64,000 nucleotides of DNA. Source: Octopus sinensis. Taxonomy: Eukaryota. The notes under the pieces are model-generated. The model had not been told where the DNA came from and did no database searches. It saw only the letters and a program-made list of their open reading frames with translations. The position numbers were made by a program, and so were the translations under genes. Shown here in pieces: positions 25,376 to 37,990 of the stretch. The first letter of the stretch is position 1. Every line of letters begins with the position of its first letter. The stretch covers positions 25,978,001-26,042,000 of the forward strand of contig NC_043014.1 in assembly GCF_006345805.1 (NCBI RefSeq), given 5' to 3'.

Positions 25376-26070
25376 ATGTTGGTATAGTTTTTTTTCCCCT
25401 ACAAACCAACCGTAAGGAAGACAATGGTAATTTAAATTCAAATCCATAAGCCAATCATAGTTTAGCGCTAGATTCGTATTTATTTCTGAAAGTAATAGTG
25501 TATTTCTGTCACATTGGAAATTATAAATTTGAACTCGGAAGTACATCTGTGCACCAGTGGATCTTAATGTCGTGTAAACAGAATGCTTTTGTTTCATATT
25601 TCGTATGTATATGCAGATATTTAACACTTTGCATGGTATTGTAGTACTATTGTAACTATATCGCTAATAATGGAATCTATATATTGTTATTTCTAGTATT
25701 AGCGTTATTAATAATAATACGAATGGTGATATTGGTAGCAATGATAATGATGCTAACATTAATGACATTTGGGAAATTGTTAAGAATTAATATAATGTAC
25801 TCTTGACACTGTATATCTGCATTTAGGTATTAATATGTATATGTTTTTCTACATTGTAATTATCACAATATTAAGTTGAAAAACTGTAATATTGAATGTG
25901 GAACATATGTATGTTTATTGATCTATATTATTTATATTATTTATATCATTATGTATATGTATATTTATATGTATAGGAGTGTGAGTATATGCACTCATAT
26001 GTATATGTTTTATTATGGGTATGTACCCACACCTATATAAATGTGTATGTAATCTGATTTGTATCACATA

Positions 26071-26160
26071 ATCTCCGAAGAGGCCTTAGGATATTTTTGT
26101 AAATGTCTCATTTATAACTACGAGACATACTTATCTGCATGGACGAAACAGCTATAAGAT
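26071..26160 (+). ncRNA. Degenerate HHR with long stem II
   Basis: ATCT-CCGAAGA-GGCC...(ATGTCTC/GAGACAT inner hairpin)...GGAC-GAAAC-AGCT-ATA-AGAT; one mismatch each in stems II and III. Confidence 0.5.
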
Positions 26161-26379
26161 GCAGTCTATATTTATACTTATATTTACTTATTTTTATATT
26201 CTCTCATACATATTGTACTTACTCCTTTATGTACACTCCTTTATGTACACTATTTTGTTCTACTTTATTATGTTTGTCCTTAAAGTTTCTTATGTGGCGG
26301 TTTAATAAAGTATGTGATTGGGTATTATCTGGTAATCGATATTTGATTTAGATGTATTTCTCCATTTTCTTATTTTGTA

Positions 26380-26428
<49 letters not shown>

Positions 26429-26599
26429 TATTATATATATATATATATTTACTTTTATATACATACTTATATTTATTGCATATCTTTTACTTTTTATTTA
26501 TATATAATACTTATTTAGATTTGCAAATCACATCGCATTTTTTTTTCATGAATGAGTTACTCTGCATCGGTCACTGGAGTGATATTTGATCACTTTATA

Positions 26600-27590
26600 G
26601 AGTGTCTGAGTGTCAGTTTTGGTGTCTGGAATGGGATAACTTGCCTCATGAGCAGGCAGAAGCTCCTTAACCTTAATCTACCTAGGAGAAGGAAATATCC
26701 GAAATAAAATCTTAGGCCTGGTTTTGTCAATTTTCATGTCACACCAGCGAAAGTCTTCTTGGACCAACAGGTGGGGTTAGTGTAGTGCGAACTACATCCA
26801 CTGAAAATTATTTATCTACACAGGTGTTTCCTGTACTCCAAATCTTAAAAAAGACCATTGAATTGGTTGATTGGTTGATTGGTTGGTTGGTAGAAACCTA
26901 AAAATGCACTTGTAACTTACTCTAAAATGTCTCAGATTCAGTAAATGGCAAAAATGGCTTGGGAACGTCAGGGGAACAGGTCTGGCTCGCTAGGTGTCCC
27001 AGTGTATCAGACGCTGGACCTAGTCGTCATCCTGCCACTGTGGTCAAACTATCTTCAAGAATAAGTAAAAATAAACATCCTCTGAATTTTGGCTGTTGGA
27101 ATGTGCGCACACTTGATAATTTCAACAAGAGGCCAAAAAGACGTTCTGCACTTATTGCATGTGAGCTCAAGTAACATTCCCTTGATGTAGTTGCGATCTC
27201 TGAAACCTACTTATGGATATACTATCTTTTGGAGCGGCCTACCTTAAGGGTCAGCGTAGAGAATCTGGTGTTGGGTTTGCTCTCAAGAATACATTAGTAT
27301 CCCCCGTTGCAGAGCTTCCAAGTGGTATATCTGAACAGATCATGTCATGCCGTATTAAACTGAAAAAAGGTAGGTTTCTTATCGTTGTCAGTATTTATGC
27401 ACCAACAATGTCAAATTTTTATGAAACTGTAAGACAGTTTTATGACGATTTAGCACAATTATTGAAGAAAGTACCAGTTTGTGACAAGCTGGTTATATTG
27501 GGAGATTTCAATGCAAGAGTTGGAAAGGACTGTTTCATGGCCTGTTTTAAGTCGACATGGGATTGGAAAATGCAATAAAAGTGGAGTCAC
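26600..27590 (+). mobile_element. 5' part of RTE-clade LINE (5' UTR + APE endonuclease), disrupted
   Basis: LNFGCWNVRTL, DVVAISET, RRESGVGFALK, VSIYAPT, KLVILGDFNARVGKD. Confidence 0.88.
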
Positions 27591-28613
27591 AAACACTCCG
27601 TTTAAGCAGAAAAATAAAAATTAAACCAACTAGATGCATCCAAGATCTAAGCATTGGCATCTCATAGATTATAGATGTTTTCGATCTAGTTTGGATTCTT
27701 TTCCATCAAATGATAATTCCTTGCCATCAAATTTGAATTCTTTGCAATCAAATTTGAATTTTTCAAAGGGACTTTGTAAGACAAGCTAAAACGCAGAAAG
27801 CGGTCTATAGGCATGCGCTGAAGTGTTGCAAACGGTAGAAAGTAGGAGTCTTCATCCCCGAAAGAATATTCGATGACCACAGATCAATTCGAAGCTAGTT
27901 TCACGAAATTGGTGCTCAAGCCTTGAAAAAAAAAAAAAAGAGTTAAACTACAACAACCGTAAGGGAATACATATCTATCTTATCTAACTTGTTCAGTAGA
28001 GCCCACTGTTACTCGAACTTCGATCTAACCCCGAGCTTGGGACAACAAACTCGAGTTGGATAAACTCGAATAGTAATCTTTTTGCTCTTTATAACCATTT
28101 TATGAAGTTAATTTTTGTGTTACAAAATTGTTCAATTTGCATCTCCTCAAAGCGAATGGACTGGTTCTTTTAAGGTCACTCTTGGGTAAAGTTCGAATAG
28201 AAAGCTCGAATAGCATAGTTCTCGAATGAAAACTCTGTAGCTATCAAGAACTTATGAGCATTACTTTTGCATAATACTATTACTAATAGCAATTCACCAT
28301 ACGTAGGCATAAAGGAAAAAATGAGCTCATGCTAATCCTGATATAACGACCTGCTTGAATGCGTCCACGTGTCATCTAAGACACGTGCATGCCATGTACA
28401 ATAGACATACCACGAGAGGAAGGAAGATGTAGCATAAACCCGCGCTTTAAAGCAATTTATGCAATTTTGGGGAGGGGGAGGGGGCGAAATTACCACGAGT
28501 GCATGTGTATCAGCCCGTTCCTTATAAAATTTGTATTTAAACCTGATGGTCCGGATTGTCCGATTACATTTAACTTTTCTGCTCATTGCATACACGCGCT
28601 CTCAATTTTCGTC

Positions 28614-29690
28614 ATGAACCGAAAGATTTCTACCTAGATTTCCGATGACGAACGAAGAATTTGCGAAAAGTCACTCACCGGAGTGACTGCAAAGGATATC
28701 GTGCGATCTTTTCCCCTTAAATACACCACTGTTTGGAACATAATCAAACATTTCAACGAGACTGGTTCTTCTGCTACCAGAAAAAGAGGCGGAGACAAGA
28801 GTTCTGTTCTTACACATGAACAGAAAGAGATCATCTTGTCATGGGTAGATGCTAATTGCTTACTACGCCTGAAAGACATCAAATCCCGTGTTCAAGAGGA
28901 GCTTGGAGTCGCAGTCAGCATCATTTATGTTGACAGGGTACTGAGACAATTCCACTACACATTGAAGGTATGCCCTTTTATTCCTTTATCTTTAAACGTT
29001 TTATTCTTTGAGATAGGTGAGAACGTATTCATTAAAATAAGAATTTAGACAATAGAAAATGACATATGCAGAGGTTTGCCACATTTCATGTATACAACGG
29101 TAGTCGGTTTTCATTCACTATGGCCATTTAGCAAATTATAATCCCACTTAGTTTTTGCGCTTACATGTCTGTTTTTCTTTTAAGGCTCTCGTTACAGTTC
29201 TTGTGAAGAGAAACGATGAACGGACCTTGAACTTGCGGATAGAATACGCTCAGTTGTTTCGCCAATGATCAGGGGATTTACACGACCGAAACTTTGTGTT
29301 TCTTGACGAAGTGGGGTTTGCAGTAGTGACGCGTCCTAGAAAGGAGCGGGCCCAGTCCGGAAAATCCCCATACGTCTCCGTTCGGCTGCACGCAGCCGAA
29401 ATATCTCGGTTGTTACGGCCATGAATCGATATGGGATGATTTTTCATCAAGTTTTTGAAACGGCCGTAAACGGAGAAAGATTCAAAGAATGTTTGATCGA
29501 GATTCACCAACGGTGCACCCACGACGAAATCTACAAACCTGTCTTCATCCTTGACAACGCGAGGATCCACCATTATCATGGACTGGCAGATACTATTAAG
29601 GAACTTGGCATAACCAGGTTCTACCTGCCTCCATATTCGCCTTTCCTAAACCCAATCGAGAACATTTTCTCCCTTTGGAAACGCTCTTAG
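28614..29690 (+). pseudogene. Tc1/IS630-like DD34E transposase pseudogene with a 217-bp spliceosomal intron
   Basis: Exon A 28614-28967 ends in FHYTLK, intron GTATGC...TTTTAAG 28968-29184, exon B resumes ALVTVLVKRNDERT...VFLDEVGF...FILDNARIHH...LPPYSPFLNPIE (34 residues between D and E); two stops and a frameshift. Confidence 0.8.
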
Positions 29691-29889
29691 TTGTCAGACC
29701 ATATGGGGTCTACCTCTAGCATAATGGATGTCCACTTGGTGCTCATCCCTCTTATATGTATGTAATATAATTTTTCTGAATCTTCAGAGTTTTCAATATG
29801 CTAGGCCACTGGTCTTAAATTGATATTAATCAAATTAATATTCAATTTTTCACCCTTATTATTTAAATTTATATATATATATATTTTTT

Positions 29890-30295
29890 CTTTTACTCTC
29901 TTGTTTCAGTCATTTGACTACGGCCTTGCTGGAGCACCGCCTTTTAGTCGAAGAAATCGACCCCAGGACTTATTCTTTGTAAGCTTGGTACTTATTATGT
30001 CGGTTCTCTTTTGCGGAACCGCTAAGTTACGGGCATATAAACAAACCAACATCGGATTTTAAGCAATGGTGTGGTGGAGAGACAAACACAGACACACACA
30101 TAAATATATACATATACATATATGTATACATATCTATATACATATATATACGACGGGCTTCTTTCAGTTTCCGTCAACCAAATCCACTCACAAGGTTTTG
30201 GTCGGCCCGAGGGTAATGTAGGTGTCACGCAGTGGGACTGAACCCGGAACCATGTGGTCGGGAAGGAAGCTTCTTACCACACAGCAACTCCTGCA

Positions 30296-30297
<2 letters not shown>
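29890..30297 (-). mobile_element. SINE family B copy
   Basis: Reverse complement of the 24006-24414 family with a small internal deletion. Confidence 0.85.
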
Positions 30298-30388
<91 letters not shown>

Positions 30389-30989
30389 AGCAAAGTAGCT
30401 AGTTAGAAAACCTCTATAAGAGATGAAAGTTGAAAGTGGTAACTATACCGAGAAGCAATGTCTGTCGACACTTCAACATGGCTGTTTCGCACAACCGACA
30501 TTGCTACCATTTTTAAGCCCAAGATGAAACTTCTTCTAGCTGGTTATTGATGGAATCTGTACCCGTCATATACTGCTATCTCTAGCGGACAGGTATCCAG
30601 CACTAAGGATGGGCAAAATTAACCCGAAACTGGACGGGATTAAAAATGGTAATAACGTCGGTTCATGCGGAATAGCCATGTTGAAATGGCGACAAACATT
30701 ACTTACATATATATGCGGGCCGAGTTACACCGAAATAAGGAAAAAAACTATTGATGAATTTCTTGTCTTTGTCCTCTTTATTTAAAAAGAAAAATATATT
30801 TTCAATAATTCTTAAATGTGACAATGCCATCTGTTTGCAAAAAAGAATCGGTCATACTGATATATAGAATGTATATTACCACTTGTACTTTGAAAAAGAC
30901 AGCTTTGTTTTACTGATATGGCTTTACTGTTTCCTTGAATGATTTAATGACAGTTATAAACATTTAATTGAAAATGATAAACGTATTGT

Positions 30990-32819
30990 ACATACGTACA
31001 TATATTTTAACATGTAACTATCATTATTTTAAAAGTTCTTTTATTACAATATTCATCGTAAAATTGCGATTTCCATAAAGATTTCAGTTTTCCATCGTTA
31101 TTTATGAGTATCTTAAGATTGTTTCTGCTTTTTGCCCTGTTTGAAGCAGCATAAAAATGCCCATGACTAAACACAGAAGGTAAATAAACACTAACTTGAT
31201 TAAATGATTGTCCTTGTGATTTGTTGATAGCCATGGCAAATGCAGGTATATTAAATTATTTTCTGTTCATGACAAAAGGATTATTTGTATCACTTGTTTA
31301 GAGGTTCATCTTCGGGATAAACAATTCTCCTTTCTTATTTCCATTTAGTATCATTTCATGGATATATAAATCATGCAGGGACATTACTAACAAACAAGTG
31401 CCATTCAGTGACTTCTGTGGAATCAGATTATGCAATAGTACGACAATGTATCCAATCTTGAGTTTCAACCTGTGTGGCGACATGCTTTCAACTGGAATAT
31501 TAACAGCAGTAACATCATCTGAATAAATTGGCTCTGCATTGGAATATTTTTGTTCTCTGTATCATCACTTTTATTAGCGGTCAGAATATATACAAGTATT
31601 CCACGTTGGTTTTTATTTTGTCTTGCTATGTACCTTCTTGTCTTAGTAGTCCAAGAATTGGCATTTTCAATATTTGCTCCGATGATTTGGATGTGTAAAA
31701 TAGGGAGATTAAGTTCTGACAGTGTAAAGCATGGAAAAAGAGAAATGTAAAGTGCTCTTGTAAAGTGTTCTGTACTGCAACTTATCTTGTATTTGTTCTA
31801 GCACAGTCTTCAATGTTGCTGTTTTGAAATTGATAGTACAATTCTACCGATTAATTAGAGATGTTAAAAATACAGATTAGAGGAAATAATTGGCTTAGCT
31901 GTGCAGGCAGCTGAGCAACAGCTGCTTCTCTCAATCATTTCCTCTATTCATCATCATTCTGCAGTATGTTCCTTTGATATGCAGCTTCATGATAACGGCT
32001 ATATAGTACACCATCAACTGTCTTAAGATGATCAAAAAGCAAGCTCCTTTAGCATGTTAAAATAACAATCTCAGATGAAATCTTTCTTTTTCCTTTGGAC
32101 TTAAAATAAAATTGTGAAATAATTTTCTATTCTCACATGAGTGGTTTCCAAACAGTCATCATATTTGTCAAATACAACATGGTAAGAAATATCACTATAT
32201 AACAGGTGCCTTGCATATTCATATTTTTTATTAAGGACAAACCACGCTGTTACGATGGGCGGCTCTTTCAAATGCTTTTTTTTTCATTATCTTCCTTAGA
32301 AAAGACTGGCTGGCGTATGATAACATGGGATCTGTCATGCATTCTGTTTTCAAGTAACAGCCACATCGCTTCAGGGGAATTCACATATCTCCTATCAAGA
32401 TGGTATCTTGCTCCATCATGTACAACTTTACTGTTTATAGTCCGTTCATTTATATCAAGTTTAATGGTATCATACCCTTTATATAGGTACTTAAATATGC
32501 ATTTCACTGACCTAGTAGTTGAACATATGACCTGAATTTTCTCGTATTATAGTCAGGAGAGAAACAAGCGCTGCCAAGGAAATGAGCCCAGACAATGATA
32601 ATTTGGAGAGGCAGCATGGTAATTAGAGTGCACCTTAGATCAGTTATTAAACCCACTTAAGGTGTATGACAAAACCTGACAAGACAAGTTGACTATTTCA
32701 GTTGGTTACTAAAGAAAAGTAAAGAAAACTAGTTCAAGTATAAATTGTCACTACACCACACAGTTAAATGGTTCGTTGACGGTATTTTATGGTTGTCAAG
32801 CAGTGGTGGGGAACAGACA

Positions 32820-32869
<50 letters not shown>

Positions 32870-32995
32870 TATTTGAATATGCATTTCACTGACATGGTAG
32901 TTGAACATATGACCTGAATTTTCTTGTATTATGGTTAGGAGTGAAACAAGCGCTACCAAGGAAATGAGCCCAGACGATGATAATTTGGAGAGGCT
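30990..32995 (-). mobile_element. Decayed Helitron Rep/helicase coding remnants
   Basis: KYLYKG...RYVNSPEAMW (Rep region), HRLKLKIG..VVLLHNL....LNGT and AMAINKSQGQS...VFSHGHFY (Pif1-like helicase); a ~115-bp piece is duplicated at 32495 and 32878. Confidence 0.8.
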
Positions 32996-33039
32996 GCACA
33001 CACATACATATATCACACACACATACATATATCACTCCG

Positions 33040-33600
33040 TTCTCACTACCTCCATCCATACACACCAACTCACACTGCTACCTTAACTTCTCCTCCCATC
33101 CTACCCGCACCAAGCTCTTCATCCCCTACTCCCAATTCCTCTGTCTACGCAGGCTCTGCAGTGACAACCATGACTTTGAGACTCAGTCAACTCATGGATC
33201 GCCACTTCATTCTTCGTGGATAGCCCCTCACCACTATCCACACTGCCCTTGTAAGGGCACGTTCCGTAGATCGTGCCTCTGCTCTCTCCCCCCGCCCCGT
33301 CCCGTCGTTGCCCGTCTTCCGTTTCCCCTCACCTACCGCCCCTCCAGCCTGCTCCTCCAACGTACCATTCTCCGAGCCTTCCGGCGACTCCAGTCCGACC
33401 CCTCCGCCTCGCACATCTTTTCCAACCTACCCCTATCGTCCGTATCATGTCATCGATTCCATTACATGCATTTCTAGCAACGTCATTTACTGCGTCTCCT
33501 ACTCTTTCTGTCCTTCTCTGTACATCAGTCAAACGCGACGCTGCCTGGCTGACCGGTTCGCGGAGTACCTCCGAGTCATCAATGACACCGTTTCCTCTCT
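33040..33600 (+). mobile_element. Penelope-like element fragment (post-RT linker + GIY-YIG)
   Basis: IPYSQFLCLRRLCSD and ITCISSNVIYCVSYSFCPSLYISQTRRCLADRFAEYL. Confidence 0.8.
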
Positions 33601-34308
33601 ACTGGTCATTCACTATAACATCTGTCTGTGTTCGAATTGTCTTTTCACAGGGGTCATCCGAACATACAAAATTAAAAACAATACATATTTTTTACTTCAT
33701 AGGTGTAATTCCAATTTTGAATACGTTTACCATCAAAATGAAATGACCAGTTTTCTAAATGTAGTGTTTTCTTCATTTTCATTTTTAGTTTAACAGCGTC
33801 TTTGATAGTCGATCTGTAAATACCAGATTGGGAAGGAGTCTCGACATTGATTCCATTTCGAGATAATAGTCGACAAACTGTTGCTACTTTTAGGGTTGGT
33901 AGCTTGGATGATATTACTAACTTGGCTGCAGTTCCAATTTTACTATACTTCCTCCTTGTTAGTGTGAATTTTTCATTTGATTTTTCGGACTCTTGATATT
34001 TGCTTTCTGTCTCTGATTCAGACGTTCAGGATGACACTGAAGTTGCTCATGTTGAAGTTAGCATTAAGGACACTTTTCATCTTTTGGATGGATAGTTTTG
34101 GAACTGGCTGCATACACAACCTGTCCCTTGCTCTCAATTTCAAGGTGATATAACCTATCCACACTGCACAGCTATTCACCGTTTTCCTTTGTGATATCAA
34201 AAATTCCTTTCAATGAATCGTATTTTCCTCGTTTTATAGATTTATCGTAGGTATTCAACACTCTTTCTAATTTTACATCAGTTTTTTTACTTTTCAATAC
34301 CGAATGTT

Positions 34309-34680
34309 TTAATATACTACCTGCCTGACAAGAAACTCAGACACTCCCATGTCCCTGGCGATGGACCTAATTGACTTTGAGGGATCGTTGTCAATCATGG
34401 CCTGGTTCTCACCTACAAATTTAGATGTTCTTTTCTTAACAGAAAGATCAGAGTGAGTTTTCCGAGCTGCCATACCTTCGTAATCACTATTAGACTTATC
34501 CCACTCTTTCTGAATCCTCTGCAATGTTCTGAGATTGACTTCAAAACACTCTGAAACGTTCGTATTGGATCTTTCAGCACGAATGCCAAGTAGTGCAGCC
34601 TGTCGTTTCCGAATTTCTGGCAGAGAGAATTGCGTCATCGTCCAGTTTTGCTTACAGACGGTGCCCAACAGACTCTAGTA
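34309..34680 (-). mobile_element. Tc1/mariner (maT-like) transposase N-terminal fragment
   Basis: KRTSKFVGENQAMIDNDPSKSIRSIARDMGVSEFLVRQVV is a second HTH motif. Confidence 0.7.
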
Positions 34681-34706
34681 TACTCTATAGTCGACAAAAT
34701 AAAAAA

Positions 34707-35005
34707 CAATGGCCCAGTGGTTAGGGCAGCAGATTCGCGCACGTAGGATCGCGGTTTCGATTCCCAGACCGGGTGTTGTGAGTGTTTATTGAGCGAAAAC
34801 ACCTAAAAGCTCCACGAGCTCCGGCAGGGGTGGGGGTGTTGGCGATCTCCGCTGTACTCTTTCGCCACAATTTTCTCTCACTCTTTCTTCTGTTGGCCTG
34901 CTCGCTTAGCCAGCGGGGTGGCGTCATTTGAAGGCTAAAACAATGCGAAGCGCATTGTGACCAGCGATGTGTAGCAACATCTGATACCCTGGTCGGTAAC
35001 GGTGA
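34707..35005 (+). mobile_element. SINE family C head/body with an alternative 3' tail
   Basis: caatggcccagtggttagggcagc...ggtttcgattcccagac matches the 52579 copy up to about 34890 and then diverges. Confidence 0.75.
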
Positions 35006-35020
35006 TATATATATATGCGT

Positions 35021-35220
35021 GTGTACCGTTGGCGATTTTTTTCCTCCGTCTTCCCTTCTTTGGATCTTTACTTTTCCTATGTGTCTGACGAAGAGCTCCG
35101 CTCGAAACGTCAAATCCTCCTTTTTTCCTTCTTTCCTGAGCGTCCAATAATACTATACTTGTTCCACGTCCTCGCGTTGTTGTGTTTTCTCTTTGTGTTT
35201 TCATGTTTGGATTAACTATA
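35021..35220 (+). mobile_element. Short repeat with minimal HHR (CTGACGA-A-GAGC-tcc-GCTC-GAAAC-GTC)
   Basis: Core 35085-35091, GAAA 35104-35107, ACGT palindrome, GUC triplet 35109-35111; ends in a TA run. Confidence 0.72.
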
Positions 35221-36224
35221 TATATGTATATATATATAAAAGGGAGAATGTGTGTGCGCGCGTGTGTGTACGTGATTGTAATTTACGCACATCCACAAAT
35301 TAGCAATCATGCCGCTCAAATTTTAGGAAGACATTTCTCAACACCCTATCTGGATTTTGTCAACTTATTTTTTCCCCGAGGCACCCGTGGATAGGGTAAA
35401 AATCTATTTTCCACCATTTTCAACCATAGCTTTTAACCATAACAAATATCAGCCATTGCTTTTTGATGGCGTCTAAGAAAAAAATAAGATAAAGAAAAGT
35501 GGAAGAAGGAGGCAGAGAGTTTCACGGGAAAGACAAAGTGAGAGAGGGAGAGAGAGAGTAAGTGACTACGTTCATAAAAATTAAAATGTAAAATGTTTTG
35601 TGTTTTGTTTTTGAAAGGCACACTATATTTTATAATCATAGTATATATACTTTCTCACACAACAATTACAATATATTTATTTCAAATCAATTATTTATTT
35701 TAAATCGTTCATCTTTCTCTCCCCCCTCTCTCTCACAAACATTACTTTGGGTGCGAAAGAGTTTTGTTTTTATTTTACGCCGAGTAAAAGGTGTTTTGTT
35801 GGCACTCCATTTATTTAACAACAAAGAAACAAAGAGGTGAGTAACAATTTGTCAGTGAATTAAACAAAATAAATGGGTACAATTTACGAGGCTTCCACCA
35901 CACCCCACTCCGTTTCACGGACCACAAAAAGGGTTTGGAGGCCAGAGTAGTTGATTCCATGCAAAAAAACGATTTTTTTCTTCATTTTTCCATTCATTTC
36001 TGTTTATGAACATGTATGCGTGCACAAAACAGGCAATAGGTGTACGTACGTACGTGTGTGTATTTGTGTTCGTGTCTGTTGCCCATATATATTTATATTA
36101 TATATATTATATATATATAATATATATAATATATATATAATATAACTAATTTCAACGGATTTCGCCCTAATTTGACGTCTATATTACTTAGTTTGGTTTG
36201 AAATAAAGAACTTGATTAGCTTAA

Positions 36225-36266
36225 TAATCGTAACTTAATCCCGGGCAAGGTCGGGTTATACTGCTA

Positions 36267-36267
<1 letters not shown>
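36225..36267 (+). mobile_element. Helitron 3' terminus (5' end not identified)
   Basis: Imperfect hairpin cccgggcaaggtcggg followed by ctgCTAG|T at a (TA)n tract. Confidence 0.55.
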
Positions 36268-36306
<39 letters not shown>

Positions 36307-36316
36307 TATATATATA

Positions 36317-36535
36317 CTTTTACTCTTTTACTTGTTTCAGTCATTTTACTGTGGCGATGCTGGAACACCGCCTTTAGTCAAGCAAATCGACCCCAGGACT
36401 TATTCTTTGTAAGCCTAGTACTTATTCTATAGGCCTCTTTTGCCGAACCGCTAAGTTACTGGCACGTAAACACACCAGCATCGGTTGGCAAGCGATGTTG
36501 GGGGGACAAACACAGACACACAAACATATACACAC

Positions 36536-36595
<60 letters not shown>

Positions 36596-36765
36596 ATATA
36601 TACGACGGGCTTCTTTCAGTTTCCGTCTACCAAATCCACTCAGAAGGCTTTGGTCGGCCCGAGGCTATAGTAGAAGACACTTGCCCAAGGTGCCACGCAT
36701 TGGGACTGAACCCGGAATCATGTTGCTGGTAAGCAAGCTACTTACCACACAGCCACTCCTACGCC
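36317..36765 (-). mobile_element. SINE family B copy
   Basis: Reverse complement of the 24006-24414 family. Confidence 0.85.
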
Positions 36766-36827
36766 CATATATATATTCATATATGTTTATATAATATATA
36801 ATATATATATATCTATATAATATATAT

Positions 36828-36859
<32 letters not shown>

Positions 36860-36884
36860 CATACATATACCTCTATACATACAT

Positions 36885-37441
36885 ATATATATCCAGGCTG
36901 TCTTCTTCCAACTGTCAAACATGCAGGAGGAACTGTGTTGATCTGGATCTGGTGAGGGGAGCCTGTATCTTGGAATCCCTTCGTGGCAGGATTAATAGTC
37001 AAGACTATTTAAACATTTTATCTGATCAAATTCATCCTATGGTTGTGGAACTGTTTCAGAAAGGAAAAGCAATCTTTCAAGATGATAATGCACCAATTCA
37101 CACTGCTAAAGTTGTTACTGAATGGCACGGAGAACATTCTAGGGAGGTTGAACATCTTATCTGGAGACCACAGTCTCCAGATTTCAATATTGTTAAACAT
37201 TTATGGTGCATTTTAGAAAAAGAAGTAAGGAGTCGATATCCCCCAGCATCATCACTACAAGAACTGGAGACTGTTTTAGCTGAAGAATGGATAAAAATTC
37301 CTTTGGAAACAATTCAAATTTTGTGCGAGTTCATACCTCGTAGAATTCAGTGTGTAATTACTGCCAAAGGCGGTTCTACCCTATATAAAGTAAATTTGTT
37401 TGAAATTTTAAGGTGTTTCCATTATATTGTCCAAACCTGTA
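36885..37441 (+). mobile_element. 3' half of a Tc1 element (DDE domain + right TIR)
   Basis: IFQDDNAPIHTAK...WRPQSPDFNIVKHLW...ITAKGG; ends ccattatattgtccaaacctg|TA. Confidence 0.85.
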
Positions 37442-37578
37442 CACACACACACATACACACGCACACACACACGCGCCGGCGCGCATACATACATACATAC
37501 ATACATACATACATACATACATACATACATACATGCATACATACATACATACATACATACATACATACATACATACAT

Positions 37579-37609
<31 letters not shown>

Positions 37610-37624
37610 TATATATATATTATA

Positions 37625-37669
<45 letters not shown>

Positions 37670-37754
37670 ATATATTATATATATTATATATATAGTAAAA
37701 ATGAAGTTTGAAAATGCTGCTATATTAGACAAATTTTAATTTTTATATATACAT

Positions 37755-37805
37755 TATTATTTAACATGTTTCGGTTCCTGAAATGACGAACCTTATCAAA
37801 AAAAA
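37755..37805 (-). ncRNA. Type I HHR with U3-A8 core variant
   Basis: Minus strand reads TTTTTT-TTGATAA-GGTTC-GTCATTTCAG-GAACC-GAAAC-AT-GTT-AAATAA; perfect 5-bp stem II, ACATGT palindromic stem III; weak A/T-only stem I. Confidence 0.65.
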
Positions 37806-37809
37806 TTAT

Positions 37810-37990
37810 CATGCTATATGTTTAAAGAGTATGATGTAATAGTTCATAATTGTGACATATATTCAATAGAGTCAAATATAAAAAATTCATATATAATAAA
37901 GCGAGTCCATGCTATATGTTTAAAGAGTATGATGTAGTAGTTCATAATTGTGACATGCATTCAATAGAGTCAAATATAGAAAATTCACGT
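37810..37990. repeat. Direct repeat of about 80 bp (offset 98)
   Basis: catgctatatgtttaaagagtatgatgta.tagttcataattgtgacat...ttcaatagagtcaaatata occurs twice. Confidence 0.85.

Noticed and set aside
26600-26960. HDV-like ribozyme in the RTE 5' UTR
   Set aside because: Plausible by family knowledge, but I could not build the nested double pseudoknot by eye.
27990-28245. TCGAA-rich segment as a Tigger/pogo-type MITE
   Set aside because: Putative TIRs match too weakly to support boundaries.
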